IMG/VR virus record: IMGVR_UViG_3300021431_000003
Coordinates: 128,001 to 192,000 of that record
Source of the DNA: a virus
Lineage: Duplodnaviria > Caudoviricetes
DNA length: 64,000 bases
Reading direction: 5' to 3' (one strand)
Shown here: positions 1-9,139 of the stretch, piece after piece
Layout: each line of letters begins with the position of its first letter
Position numbering within the stretch: the stretch's first letter is position 1
Program-made: the position numbers and the translations under genes
The notes under the pieces: generated by a model
Seen by the model: the letters and a program-made list of their open reading frames with translations, nothing else
Database searches by the model: none
Told to the model about the DNA's origin: nothing

Positions 1-326
1 TCGTTATTAGACCCTGCTAAAATTTCAGATATATGATATTTTGGAAGAATGATACGGTAATAAACATTACCGTCTCTGAAAGTATCATACTTAGTAAACA
101 TGAATGACTGTTCAAACAGATAGTCATTTGTAATTTCTATCATTACAGACTGTACACAATCACAGTTATGCTTGTATCTAGCATCATATTCGTCTACCAT
201 ATATTCCGTTATCGTTGGTACAGTAAATGATACATCATCTCCAAGACCAAACTGTGCCTTTAATCTGATAAATGCTTGTTTAGCAAATTCGGCATACTTA
301 TTAACTATCTCAAACTTAGTCATCAT
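1..326 (-). CDS. Hypothetical protein, truncated at window edge; possible paralog of the adjacent HExxH protein
   Basis: Not in ORF track. Open frame MMTKFEIVNKYAEFAKQAFIRLKAQFGLGDD...YRIILPKYHIS runs off the edge and overlaps the stop of 316..993; weak similarity (LKAQFGL vs LSKEFGL; IILP vs IIIP). Confidence 0.7.
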   Translation of the reverse strand, partial: MMTKFEIVNKYAEFAKQAFIRLKAQFGLGDDVSFTVPTITEYMVDEYDARYKHNCDCVQSVMIEITNDYLFEQSFMFTKYDTFRDGNVYYRIILPKYHISEILAGSNN

Positions 327-993
327 TACAATCACTTTCCTTTTCAATTCTGATTTCCCACTCTACTGTATCAGCAATATTTATGCCTACAGCTTCATTA
401 GCCTTTTTTTCCATAGGAAGATTATGATAATAGGTATAATATTCTCTCATACCATCTTCATCAAGAATATCGAAATCATGTTCTTTGATATATTCTTCCC
501 ATAATCTCTCTTCTTCTGCTACATCATTTTTAAAGATTTCTCCAGCTTCACTTACCTCGTATTCTTTAAAAATTTTGATATTAGTCAGTACATGTCCAAC
601 CTCATGTTTAAGACAATGCTTAAGATAATCAATCAATATATCTTTTGGACAATCTACATGATAATACAGAAATTTACAAAGTGTTTCTTCTGGAATTATA
701 ATAGCTTGTACAGGAGTTCCATCTTTTAGTACACATAATAATTTATTATACATAAGTGTACCGTCAAAACGTTCATCATCTATATAAGCTTTATATAATT
801 CTTCTTTTGTTGATGTACTAAACTTCCATAGTTTTTCATAATTAACCATGAATTCAAGTTTAGAATTTGCTACGATAAATAACAGACTATATTTATCAAT
901 CGCCTCATTCAATCCGAATTCCTTACTGAGTTCATCGAATTCATTATAAAGCATAGCTTTAATTTTTGTCAAGAAGCCATATCTCTTATTCAT
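316..993 (-). CDS. HExxH zinc-metallopeptidase-like protein
   Basis: LKHEVGH motif plus downstream PMEKKAN glutamate; start moved to MNKRYG (993) behind GAGGAGG. Confidence 0.6.
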   Translation of the reverse strand: MNKRYGFLTKIKAMLYNEFDELSKEFGLNEAIDKYSLLFIVANSKLEFMVNYEKLWKFSTSTKEELYKAYIDDERFDGTLMYNKLLCVLKDGTPVQAIIIPEETLCKFLYYHVDCPKDILIDYLKHCLKHEVGHVLTNIKIFKEYEVSEAGEIFKNDVAEEERLWEEYIKEHDFDILDEDGMREYYTYYHNLPMEKKANEAVGINIADTVEWEIRIEKESDCNDD

Positions 994-2017
994 CACAATC
1001 ATCCTCCTCATTATTTCCAAAGTCAAATGGTCTATTTGGAACACTTAGCAGAACGATTCTGTGGTCTGTATAGTAATTAATATTTCTATCTTTCCACTTA
1101 TCATAGCAAGTCGATACAAACTTATCTATCTCATCAAAGTCAGAGATATCAAATACACATACAGCAATCTGTTCTCCTCCAGATGTCATACCTACAAGGA
1201 ATACCATATTGTTAGAATGCAATGCTTTAGCTGCAGCTTTTTTAAGAGCCTCTATATCTCCCTTTGTAATGCATCTATACTGCTTTTCTGGCGGAATCAT
1301 TGCTTCTGGTGGAAATTCTTCTTCAAGTAAATCAAGAGCATTATCAATGAATGTATCTCTATCTTCTCCAGAAAACATATAATGTTTTACTACACTATCA
1401 AATTTCTCGTAAAAACCTGATTCATTTATCATATCTTTAAACTTTTCTTCGGCATTCTCTTCTTTTTCAATAATAGATTCTCCTGCTGCTTTAACAAGTG
1501 CTTCCATAAGAGCTTCTTCTCTTTCTTGAGAAGTTTTTGATTTTTCTTTTTCATTGAATTTATCGATATTGTGTTTAATATTACTGATAGTAGTAAGCAT
1601 ATACTTATAATGAGAAATTTCTGCATATTTCTTAATCTTATCTCTAAGCTGAGCAGCATATGCTTTAACTTCTTCATTTAATTCTTTGAATCTCTTGTCT
1701 TCAATATTTTCAGACATCATATCAAGTCCTTCTGTAATAATATCGAAGAATGCTACATCTGCAACATCAAATTCTGTTGTTCCATATTGACAACGGATAA
1801 TATCATTTACATCATCATATCTAACAAACTCTGTTAAAAGATTCTCATGGCACTCAAAGATATCTCCATTATTAACAGAGAGTACTATCCAATGGTGTTT
1901 CTTTTTAGCCTTCTTAATTGTAGTTACTACACTTGTACTTGCTGCCATGTTACTCTCATTAAGAGCATCAAAGATGTAAGTAACTCCAGCATAAATCGGT
2001 TTTCTCTTTTCAAACAT
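986..2017 (-). CDS. Hypothetical protein
   Basis: Long ORF; GGAGGT RBS before MFEKRKP (2017). Confidence 0.8.
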   Translation of the reverse strand: MFEKRKPIYAGVTYIFDALNESNMAASTSVVTTIKKAKKKHHWIVLSVNNGDIFECHENLLTEFVRYDDVNDIIRCQYGTTEFDVADVAFFDIITEGLDMMSENIEDKRFKELNEEVKAYAAQLRDKIKKYAEISHYKYMLTTISNIKHNIDKFNEKEKSKTSQEREEALMEALVKAAGESIIEKEENAEEKFKDMINESGFYEKFDSVVKHYMFSGEDRDTFIDNALDLLEEEFPPEAMIPPEKQYRCITKGDIEALKKAAAKALHSNNMVFLVGMTSGGEQIAVCVFDISDFDEIDKFVSTCYDKWKDRNINYYTDHRIVLLSVPNRPFDFGNNEEDDCDE

Positions 2018-2044
2018 AACTAAGACCTCCAAAAATTTTATTAT

Positions 2045-2076
2045 AGACAGAGAGGAGATTTAACTCCTCTCTGTCT
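2045..2076. terminator. Intrinsic terminator-like hairpin
   Basis: AGACAGAGAGGAG / CTCCTCTCTGTCT perfect inverted repeat just downstream of the 2082..3662 gene. Confidence 0.7.
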
Positions 2077-2081
2077 TTAAA

Positions 2082-3662
2082 TCATACTTGAATAATAAAT
2101 CTTAAGACTTCATCAATAAGAATATCTGATTCCATCTTAATATCCATACCGTCAATATCCTTATTATAATAATCTATAACTTGGAATTTGCTACTAAGCA
2201 TTGTTGCTACCAATGCGAGTATTTGTTTGATTTTCTTTTCGTCACCATTATACTTCCTCATGATTTCGTTATAATACTCAGACTGTTCAAGTTTGATAAG
2301 CTCTTTCTTACAGAGAGTTGTTCTTTGAGAAATCTGAATAATATTACTTGCAAAGATATAAGGCAACAGACGCATACCACTATTAAGCATATGACGCTTA
2401 CCTGCGATTATAAGTGTAATATACTGGTCTGCATTAATAGAGTTGATACTTACTGTATCACCAAAATATTTATAAAACATGTTATTCACAAGATTCTGTT
2501 GGAATCTATTGATAACAGGCCTACCATGTTTAGTAAGTTCTCTCTTATAATAATCAATCTCTGCTTGTTCAAATGGTCCAAACTTTGCAACGATTGATTC
2601 CATAATCTTCTCACATCTGAAGTCATTCTGAATAAGAAGAGATTCATCTGTCTTAATAAGATGAGCCTCGAACTTATCAATCTGAGAAGTATTGTCTTCT
2701 CCATCTCTTTTACTACTACTGAGAGATGAATAGTCGTATTCATAACTGATATCAGAAATATTGTACTTGATATTATTACGAACAGACGATATGTTATAGC
2801 TCACTATATTACCATTATAGGTATACTTAGGCATTACCTGCATTATAGTAGTATTGATAGCATCATTGCTATTAATGGTAGGTGAGTATCCTCTAATCTC
2901 ACTAATAGTCCAGAGAATCTTGTTTGTCTTATAGTGAGACTGCATTGTCGTACTTGCAGTTTCATAAAGCTTTGCATACATATCTGCAGGCTTTAATCCT
3001 CTGATAGCCATTTTATCGAAGTCTACATATACTTCAAACAGCCAATTGTATACAGTAAAGATAATCTCATGAATCTTCTCTGTAGAAGTGATTCTATTTC
3101 TGTATACAAAATGCATAATCAGTGGGATAAGCATATTCATAAAGAGACTCATCTCCATGAAATACTTACCATGATTATTGTTATACTGAAGACCCTCATT
3201 ACTTTTATTCTTGTAATTCAGGTCGAGTTGATAATTTGAACTTACCATACTCCATGCCTTATTATACATAGAGTCTGACAAGATATAAGTCTTGATATCA
3301 CTATAGAAATCTTGAAGAGTATAAGCTTTAATAAGATTCCCATTATTATCAATAAATCCTGTATCCATAAGCTGTTTCATTCTAAACATATAGAACAATA
3401 GCTCATGTTCTGAATCGAAATACTTTTCGAAATAATTTAGATACTGACAAATGTGAGCTCTGACTTCATCAGAGTTATAACATCTTTTCGGGGTCAGCAT
3501 AAAACTGTCTAATACCTTGCTTTCTTCAATACCGAAGAAGCGAGATACTGGTAAGATAATTGCATTCTTACACTCTCTAAAAATTCTTTCCTCCTCTCTC
3601 GGATACCATTCATCTACTCTAGGCAGAAAGAATGGTGATGTTAATATTTCGTAAAGTTCCAT
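2082..3662 (-). CDS. Non-virion RNA polymerase promoter-specificity (sigma-like) subunit, AR9 gp226 / phiKZ gp68-like
   Basis: Colinear resemblance to my recollection of AR9 gp226: KRxY, FYSDI, Y(Q/D)LDLN..LQ, LIP, KLY, LW, PK....N.VSY, S..DKFE..L, terminal EVL..I; size fits; early-type promoter upstream. Confidence 0.7.
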   Translation of the reverse strand: MELYEILTSPFFLPRVDEWYPREEERIFRECKNAIILPVSRFFGIEESKVLDSFMLTPKRCYNSDEVRAHICQYLNYFEKYFDSEHELLFYMFRMKQLMDTGFIDNNGNLIKAYTLQDFYSDIKTYILSDSMYNKAWSMVSSNYQLDLNYKNKSNEGLQYNNNHGKYFMEMSLFMNMLIPLIMHFVYRNRITSTEKIHEIIFTVYNWLFEVYVDFDKMAIRGLKPADMYAKLYETASTTMQSHYKTNKILWTISEIRGYSPTINSNDAINTTIMQVMPKYTYNGNIVSYNISSVRNNIKYNISDISYEYDYSSLSSSKRDGEDNTSQIDKFEAHLIKTDESLLIQNDFRCEKIMESIVAKFGPFEQAEIDYYKRELTKHGRPVINRFQQNLVNNMFYKYFGDTVSINSINADQYITLIIAGKRHMLNSGMRLLPYIFASNIIQISQRTTLCKKELIKLEQSEYYNEIMRKYNGDEKKIKQILALVATMLSSKFQVIDYYNKDIDGMDIKMESDILIDEVLRFIIQV

Positions 3663-3704
3663 ATAAATACCTCCTATTCATATAGAGATTAGATTTACGC
3701 AATA

Positions 3705-3712
3705 ATAATATA
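3705..3712 (-). promoter_or_regulatory. Early-type phage promoter TATATTAT-N4-G
   Basis: One of about 12 copies of the motif placed just upstream of genes; similar to the phiKZ early consensus TATATTAC. Confidence 0.6.
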
Positions 3713-3717
3713 CAACC

Positions 3718-4494
3718 TTATCTCTTTTTAACTTTTTTAATGGTTGAAGTTGTCTTGGTTTTACCTACAATCTTAGTAATCTTAGGTTTAAGTGTATCTA
3801 ATGGATTATCGCCAATAAGATTCTTAGATTTAATTACTTTACTTTTGGGTTGCTCTTTGATTCTTTTTTCTTTTTCCTCTTTTGTAATTTTATTACGTTC
3901 CTGAAGCTTTTTATCAAAACTTGGAATAGTACCAGCAAGTTTGATAATACCACCACTAGAAGCAATTCTATTGAGTGTATCTTTCTCAAACAAATTCTCT
4001 CTATTCATAACGATATAAGCAAAGTAAAGTGATTTATTATAACCCATAGCATTATCGGGATTTCGCATTGTAGGTTTCTGTACAAGACATCTGAATGGGA
4101 GATGTTTTTCAAGGTCAGAAATTAAGACTCCATGAGTCTTAAATGTGTATGCATATGTATACACGAAATTAGTATCATTAGAAAAGAATCTAACATTATA
4201 TTTTTTAATGCTTCTATTAGAAGACGAATCATCTTCATTCTGAGTAAATTCTACTACTACATCATTGAAAAAACCTTTTGTAGAAGATGGGATGAGAAAG
4301 TGAATATAATATAACTGTTTACCGCCAGTCTTAGTTTGTCTATAAACAGTATACTTCACTTTATCGTTTCTACTTTCAAGAGACATAAGTTCTTTTTCAT
4401 AAGGTTCACTATTAAAAGCCATAGAGTTAACTGCACTACCTCTACCAGATGGATTAGCAATGTAATCATCGAATGTATATTTTAATTTAGCCAT
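3718..4494 (-). CDS. Hypothetical protein with basic C-terminal tail
   Basis: Start at MAKLKYTF (4494) after AAAGGA; late-type promoter at 4522-4533. Confidence 0.8.
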   Translation of the reverse strand: MAKLKYTFDDYIANPSGRGSAVNSMAFNSEPYEKELMSLESRNDKVKYTVYRQTKTGGKQLYYIHFLIPSSTKGFFNDVVVEFTQNEDDSSSNRSIKKYNVRFFSNDTNFVYTYAYTFKTHGVLISDLEKHLPFRCLVQKPTMRNPDNAMGYNKSLYFAYIVMNRENLFEKDTLNRIASSGGIIKLAGTIPSFDKKLQERNKITKEEKEKRIKEQPKSKVIKSKNLIGDNPLDTLKPKITKIVGKTKTTSTIKKVKKR

Positions 4495-4621
4495 ATATAA
4501 TGTTCCTTTCTGAGAAATATTTATAGTTAAGTTTCTACACCTGTAAAAACAAATCATTAGATATATACTATATCTATGATAGACAAATCTATCAACAAAT
4601 TTTTTAAGGAGGGTCATATTT

Positions 4622-5527
4622 ATGGCTAAGGTAAGTGAAATTAAGAATTCGGGAGAAATTGTAACTCTTGTTACACATGCAGGCAATTTTCATAGCGATG
4701 ATGTAGTTGCAACAGCAATACTCAGATTATACTTTCAATATAAGGGTATTGAAACTAACGTAGTTCGTACATTTAAACCAGCTGAAATGGGCTATACTGA
4801 TGATACTCCTAACTGTGTTATTTATGATATCGGTTTAGGACAGTATGACCATCATCAGATTGGCGATGCAGCTAAGCATTGTATCAGAATCGATACCAAT
4901 GAAGATGGTACTACTGTAGAGCGTAAGTATGCTGCAGTTGGTCTTCTTTGGAAAGAAATTGGAGAGGAAATTGTGGGTAAATACGCTGATGTTATTTATG
5001 ATAACATTATTAGACCCATCGATAATCATGATAATGGATTTGGACATAATCCTTTATCTACTCTTATAGGAGCAATGAATTCTCTTAAACCAGAGGCTAC
5101 AAAAGAAGACCATGACAACTGTTTTTATAAGGCCGTAGATGTAATTACGGCTATGCTTGTTAGCATGTTTCTTAAATATAAGCTGCAGATTAAAAATGAA
5201 GAGGTACTTCAGAAGTATGTAAAACCTGGAAGTTCGTGTCTTGTTTATGACTATTATCTTTCTGGAGCTGATGAAGTATGTAGAGAAATGTGTATTCCAT
5301 TCTATGTATATCCTAATATTAGAGGTGGTTGGTGCTTCAAAACTATTTGTCCTGATCCTAAGAATATAAGCGTTCATCTTGTTGACATTCCAGACGAAGT
5401 GAGAAATTGGACTGGTGTAACTTTCTTACATCCAAATTGCTTCCTTGGAAGTGCTGACACTAAAGAGCGTGCAATTGAAATTTGTGAAAAGCTTTGTCAC
5501 GCTCCATATAGTAACTATCTCGATTAA
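4622..5527 (+). CDS. MYG1-family (DHH-superfamily) exonuclease/hydrolase
   Basis: THAGNFHSDDV, DIG.G.YDHHQ, AAVGLLWK..G, IDNHDNG, FLHP..F motifs typical of MYG1. Confidence 0.85.
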   Translation: MAKVSEIKNSGEIVTLVTHAGNFHSDDVVATAILRLYFQYKGIETNVVRTFKPAEMGYTDDTPNCVIYDIGLGQYDHHQIGDAAKHCIRIDTNEDGTTVERKYAAVGLLWKEIGEEIVGKYADVIYDNIIRPIDNHDNGFGHNPLSTLIGAMNSLKPEATKEDHDNCFYKAVDVITAMLVSMFLKYKLQIKNEEVLQKYVKPGSSCLVYDYYLSGADEVCREMCIPFYVYPNIRGGWCFKTICPDPKNISVHLVDIPDEVRNWTGVTFLHPNCFLGSADTKERAIEICEKLCHAPYSNYLD

Positions 5528-5534
5528 TCTCAAT

Positions 5535-5572
5535 AAAATAACGGGTGTTACTACAACACCCGTTATTTTTTT
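5535..5572 (+). terminator. Intrinsic terminator
   Basis: AAAATAACGGGTGTT / AACACCCGTTATTTT followed by a T tract. Confidence 0.8.
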
Positions 5573-5580
5573 AATACAGA

Positions 5581-5592
5581 AACAATTTAGTA
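5581..5592 (+). promoter_or_regulatory. Late-type phage promoter AACA-N6-TA (AR9 nvRNAP consensus)
   Basis: AACAATTTAGTA; identical 12-mer at 20733 and 62524; 22 AAC(A/T)-N6-TA copies upstream of genes. Confidence 0.75.
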
Positions 5593-5616
5593 ATATATGA
5601 AAGGAGGTTATCTCCT

Positions 5617-6048
5617 ATGGCTACTGATGGTAAATATACAGATTACTTTGTGGATAAAACCGAACCATTGTTATCTGTAGATAAATACTATAAACCTCTT
5701 GTTGCTAAGGATGAAAACTATGCGACATTATTACTAGTAAGATTGATTCTGTTAGAGCCAGGAACTTTCCAAACACACCCAGATTGTGGTGTAGGTCTAG
5801 TTTCTAAATTCAGATATGCTACTGACGTAGATATGATTGAATTACAGAAAAGAATTAAAGACCAAATCATGTTATATTTACCTCAATACTCACTTGTCAA
5901 TGTAAAGTGTGAATTGGGTGATAATAAAACTGGTGATGAAAAAGTCATCAAAATTTATATTACATCTGAGCAGCTCAATGTCTTTTTACCAATCAATGTA
6001 GAGACAGGTGAGGTCTTAGAAACTACAAAATTAAGTGATTTTAGATAA
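5617..6048 (+). CDS. Baseplate wedge protein, T4 gp25/GPW-like
   Basis: LILLEPGT..THPDCGVGL...I..QI..YLP pattern and size typical of gp25-like proteins. Confidence 0.7.
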   Translation: MATDGKYTDYFVDKTEPLLSVDKYYKPLVAKDENYATLLLVRLILLEPGTFQTHPDCGVGLVSKFRYATDVDMIELQKRIKDQIMLYLPQYSLVNVKCELGDNKTGDEKVIKIYITSEQLNVFLPINVETGEVLETTKLSDFR

Positions 6049-6072
6049 GTATTGCATAAGGAGGAAATTATT

Positions 6073-7824
6073 ATGTCTGAAAATGTAACTCTGTCTGAGC
6101 TTGCTAACGGCGCTGTTCCTACTGCTACTCCCGTTGGTATGCCAGTAAAGCCAAAGCTCAACACTAAGAATGTAAAGGAAGCCAATCTTGCTGAAGCTGT
6201 ACTTCCTGGTGATGATGGTTCTGTAGAAGGTAAGGGTACTGGTAACCCAATGCTTGATGCAGCATTTGAAGGTCTTGATTCTACTATTGACAGACTTGCT
6301 GCTGAGTCTACTGAGCTTATCGAAAAAGGTAATGAAGAGAGAATTGAGCAGGCTATTGAAAACGGTGATGCCGATATTGATGATGACGATGATGTCAATG
6401 TAATCGCTGCTCAAACAATTAAGGTTAACACATTCGATGATGTACAACTTAAGCACAATAATTCTAATCTTGTAGAAGTAGTAGCACCTTCTGAAACTGT
6501 ATCTATTACTAAGCCAGTTATGGTAGAACAGGAAGTAGATGTATCTGCTCCAGTTGCTGGTACTAAGAAGGAAACTATTTCTATGGTACAGGATGCATCT
6601 GTATATGATGCTGTAGAAGATCCTAATGTCGTTAATAATACAGATGACGAAGACGACCATCTTTTTGATGGCATTGATGATGAGGATATGAAGTTCCTTG
6701 ATGATGAGGATGAATCTTCTGAAGATACAACTGAGTCTGATGAAGAGGATGATGTTAAGGCAAAGCAGGAAGCTATTAAGCAGAATATCAGACAGGAGAT
6801 TAATCATAACTTTAATCCTGTTGCTCATAAGCTTGACCTTAAGAATTTCACAATCTCTAAGAAGCCTATCAATGCTTCTAAGATTATCAATGAGATTAAG
6901 ACTAAGGCTATTGAATGCGCAGATGGTGTTCTGTGGTCTGAAAAGCGTGCAGTAAGAATGTCTGCATTTAAGCCTATGGAAATTCAGTCTCTTGACCCAC
7001 AGAGACTTCGTGGTGGTAACGCAAACTACAATAAGTTCATTGAGAATAAGCTCAAGCTTATCTATGAGCATATTGTTGATGCTAATAAGCCTAAGAACTT
7101 TGAAGCATGGGCTATGATTACACCTAATACTGTAATGGATGATTATATGTTTACTGCATATAAGGCTACATTCGGTACAGCAAACATTGTTACATTCAAT
7201 TGTAATGATGATAAATGTAATAATGTATTCATGGAAAATGTACCAGTACATTCTATGATTAAGTTTACCGATGATAAGAAGAAGGAAGAATATATGAATA
7301 TCCTTACTCAGGGTAATACAGATTCTACCTCTTCTGAATATAAAGTTGACTTGTATCAGGCTTCTGATGATTATGTATTTGGTCTCAAGATTCCGTCTCT
7401 TTATAATACTTATATTGAGCCTACTCTTGTTGACCAGAACTTCTCTTCTAAGTATGAAGATTTAATTCTTCTGTTGACTTATATTGATTCTGTATATAGA
7501 ATTGATTATAATACTCGTCAGCTTATTCCTATTGATACTAAGCCCGTAGCATCTGATAAGGCACTTACTTACAAGCGTCGTGTAAAGACATATGCTACTA
7601 TCCTTAAGTCTCTTACTTCTGACCAGCTTCAGGCACTTTCTGTAGAAACTGATAAGTATGATGCTGGTACACTCGATGACGATGGTAATCTCGTTAGAGA
7701 TATCACTTATGTATATCCTGAACGTCGTTGCCCTAAGTGTGGTAAGAAAATCGACGAGGTTGAGGTAAATCCTGATAACTTACTTTTTACCAGACATCAG
7801 CTGGGTCTTATGAAAAAGATATAA
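6073..7824 (+). CDS. Baseplate hub / tail assembly chaperone (T4 gp26-like C-terminal domain) with acidic N-terminal extension
   Basis: CNDDKC and CPKCG zinc ligands, ends ..NLLFTRH; next to the gp25-like gene; start MSENV behind GAGGA. Confidence 0.55.
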   Translation: MSENVTLSELANGAVPTATPVGMPVKPKLNTKNVKEANLAEAVLPGDDGSVEGKGTGNPMLDAAFEGLDSTIDRLAAESTELIEKGNEERIEQAIENGDADIDDDDDVNVIAAQTIKVNTFDDVQLKHNNSNLVEVVAPSETVSITKPVMVEQEVDVSAPVAGTKKETISMVQDASVYDAVEDPNVVNNTDDEDDHLFDGIDDEDMKFLDDEDESSEDTTESDEEDDVKAKQEAIKQNIRQEINHNFNPVAHKLDLKNFTISKKPINASKIINEIKTKAIECADGVLWSEKRAVRMSAFKPMEIQSLDPQRLRGGNANYNKFIENKLKLIYEHIVDANKPKNFEAWAMITPNTVMDDYMFTAYKATFGTANIVTFNCNDDKCNNVFMENVPVHSMIKFTDDKKKEEYMNILTQGNTDSTSSEYKVDLYQASDDYVFGLKIPSLYNTYIEPTLVDQNFSSKYEDLILLLTYIDSVYRIDYNTRQLIPIDTKPVASDKALTYKRRVKTYATILKSLTSDQLQALSVETDKYDAGTLDDDGNLVRDITYVYPERRCPKCGKKIDEVEVNPDNLLFTRHQLGLMKKI

Positions 7825-8015
7825 GAAAACTTGAACAGTTAAGCACTTATTATAAAGGACGGGTATCTCTTATGGAACTATATGAGATGCCCGTTGCTAT
7901 GTGTCAAGTCTTATATATGATTGCCTTCGAAAAAATGCAAAGTGAAGAAGGCAAGAAAGAAGCTCAAGCTGATGCCGTAGAAGAAGTAATGGAAGAGGGA
8001 GGGTTAATACCATAA
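7779..8015 (+). CDS. -1 frame extension / small chaperone ORF (candidate frameshift product of 6073..7824)
   Basis: Open frame ..FYQTSAGSYEKDIRKLEQLSTYYKGRVSLMELYEMPVAMCQVLYMIAFEKMQSEEGKKEAQADAVEEVMEEGGLIP*; its stop overlaps the next ATG (TAATG). Confidence 0.6.
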   Translation, partial: LTFYQTSAGSYEKDIRKLEQLSTYYKGRVSLMELYEMPVAMCQVLYMIAFEKMQSEEGKKEAQADAVEEVMEEGGLIP

Positions 8016-8326
8016 TGACCAATGATATCTTGAGTTTTACAAAACAAATATCTGGTATTGACCTTGTCGATTACGTTATAAACTACGTTGACCAAAATAT
8101 GATTGCATACTCATTACTCAAAGACATGAGTTTTGATATTAAAACTTGTGTTGACGGTACCTGTGTAGTATATGATATTAGCAATCTATCTGACATTGAT
8201 ATGACTACTATCAAGTCATTACCAGATAATCAAATTGTATATCTATATGGAAAAGCATATAGAGTAGAGTTTGCAATACAAGATGGTTACAACAAGCTAC
8301 TGATTACTATTATGCTTTTGAATTAA
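8015..8326 (+). CDS. Hypothetical protein
   Basis: ORF with GGGAGGG RBS, terminator hairpin at about 8329-8363. Confidence 0.75.
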   Translation: MTNDILSFTKQISGIDLVDYVINYVDQNMIAYSLLKDMSFDIKTCVDGTCVVYDISNLSDIDMTTIKSLPDNQIVYLYGKAYRVEFAIQDGYNKLLITIMLLN

Positions 8327-8430
8327 TATAGATGCTAGACTTCGGTCTAGCATCTTACTTTTTCGTTATATATTATATTAGTGATAGTATAACACTATCG
8401 TAAAATATATTTTTGAAAGGAGCATGTATA

Positions 8431-9063
8431 ATGCAAAACAAAGAACAATACAATCTGAACAACCCTATGGAAAGGGCTAGAATCATTCTTGATTCTGTAA
8501 AGAATTTCAAATGTGAGAAGGTAATTCTTATAGCACCATCATCTCTCACTTATACATTCAATAATGTCATTGAAGCATTAGAATTTGTATTTTACCATAC
8601 ACAAGAAGTAGACTACAGAGGTACATTCCTTGAAGCTTATAGCACTGAAAAACCTTGTAATATTTATATAAGGTCTGATTATGGGTCTTATATGATTAAG
8701 AAACTTTCAGACTTCGAGTATAAGTATGATCCAAACGAAGATGAAAGATTCATCAAGGATGAAAAATTTAAGATTGAACTTATGGAAAGAGAGTTTAATC
8801 AAAACTTTACAACTAAAGAGCTTGAAGACAGAATGACAAATCAAGCTCTTGCTATTCTCGATAATTCTAATATGCATACTAAGATTGAGAATAAGTTAGA
8901 GCAGTTTCTTAACCGATACTTTAATGGCCAGTGGTTATCATATACCGTAGAATCTAGAAAAATAGATGCAATTTCTACACAATATACTTTACGTGTAAAG
9001 TATAATAGTGGTAAAACAATTGAGTTAAATAAACCTCAGACATCTCTTACTAAGAAGAAGTAA
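8431..9063 (+). CDS. Hypothetical early protein
   Basis: AAGGAG RBS; TATATTAT promoter at 8369 with a GATAGT hairpin. Confidence 0.75.
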   Translation: MQNKEQYNLNNPMERARIILDSVKNFKCEKVILIAPSSLTYTFNNVIEALEFVFYHTQEVDYRGTFLEAYSTEKPCNIYIRSDYGSYMIKKLSDFEYKYDPNEDERFIKDEKFKIELMEREFNQNFTTKELEDRMTNQALAILDNSNMHTKIENKLEQFLNRYFNGQWLSYTVESRKIDAISTQYTLRVKYNSGKTIELNKPQTSLTKKK

Positions 9064-9139
9064 AATATAAAGGGTGGTTAACTCCACCCTTTATTTCTTG
9101 TATCTTTAACATTTAAGTAATATGAAGGGAGGAGATTAT

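Noticed and set aside
6031-7251. Long antisense ORFs (also 30078..31130, 22612..23205, 37520..38098 and similar)
   Set aside because: Shadow frames of real genes with biased codon usage; no RBS and implausible composition.
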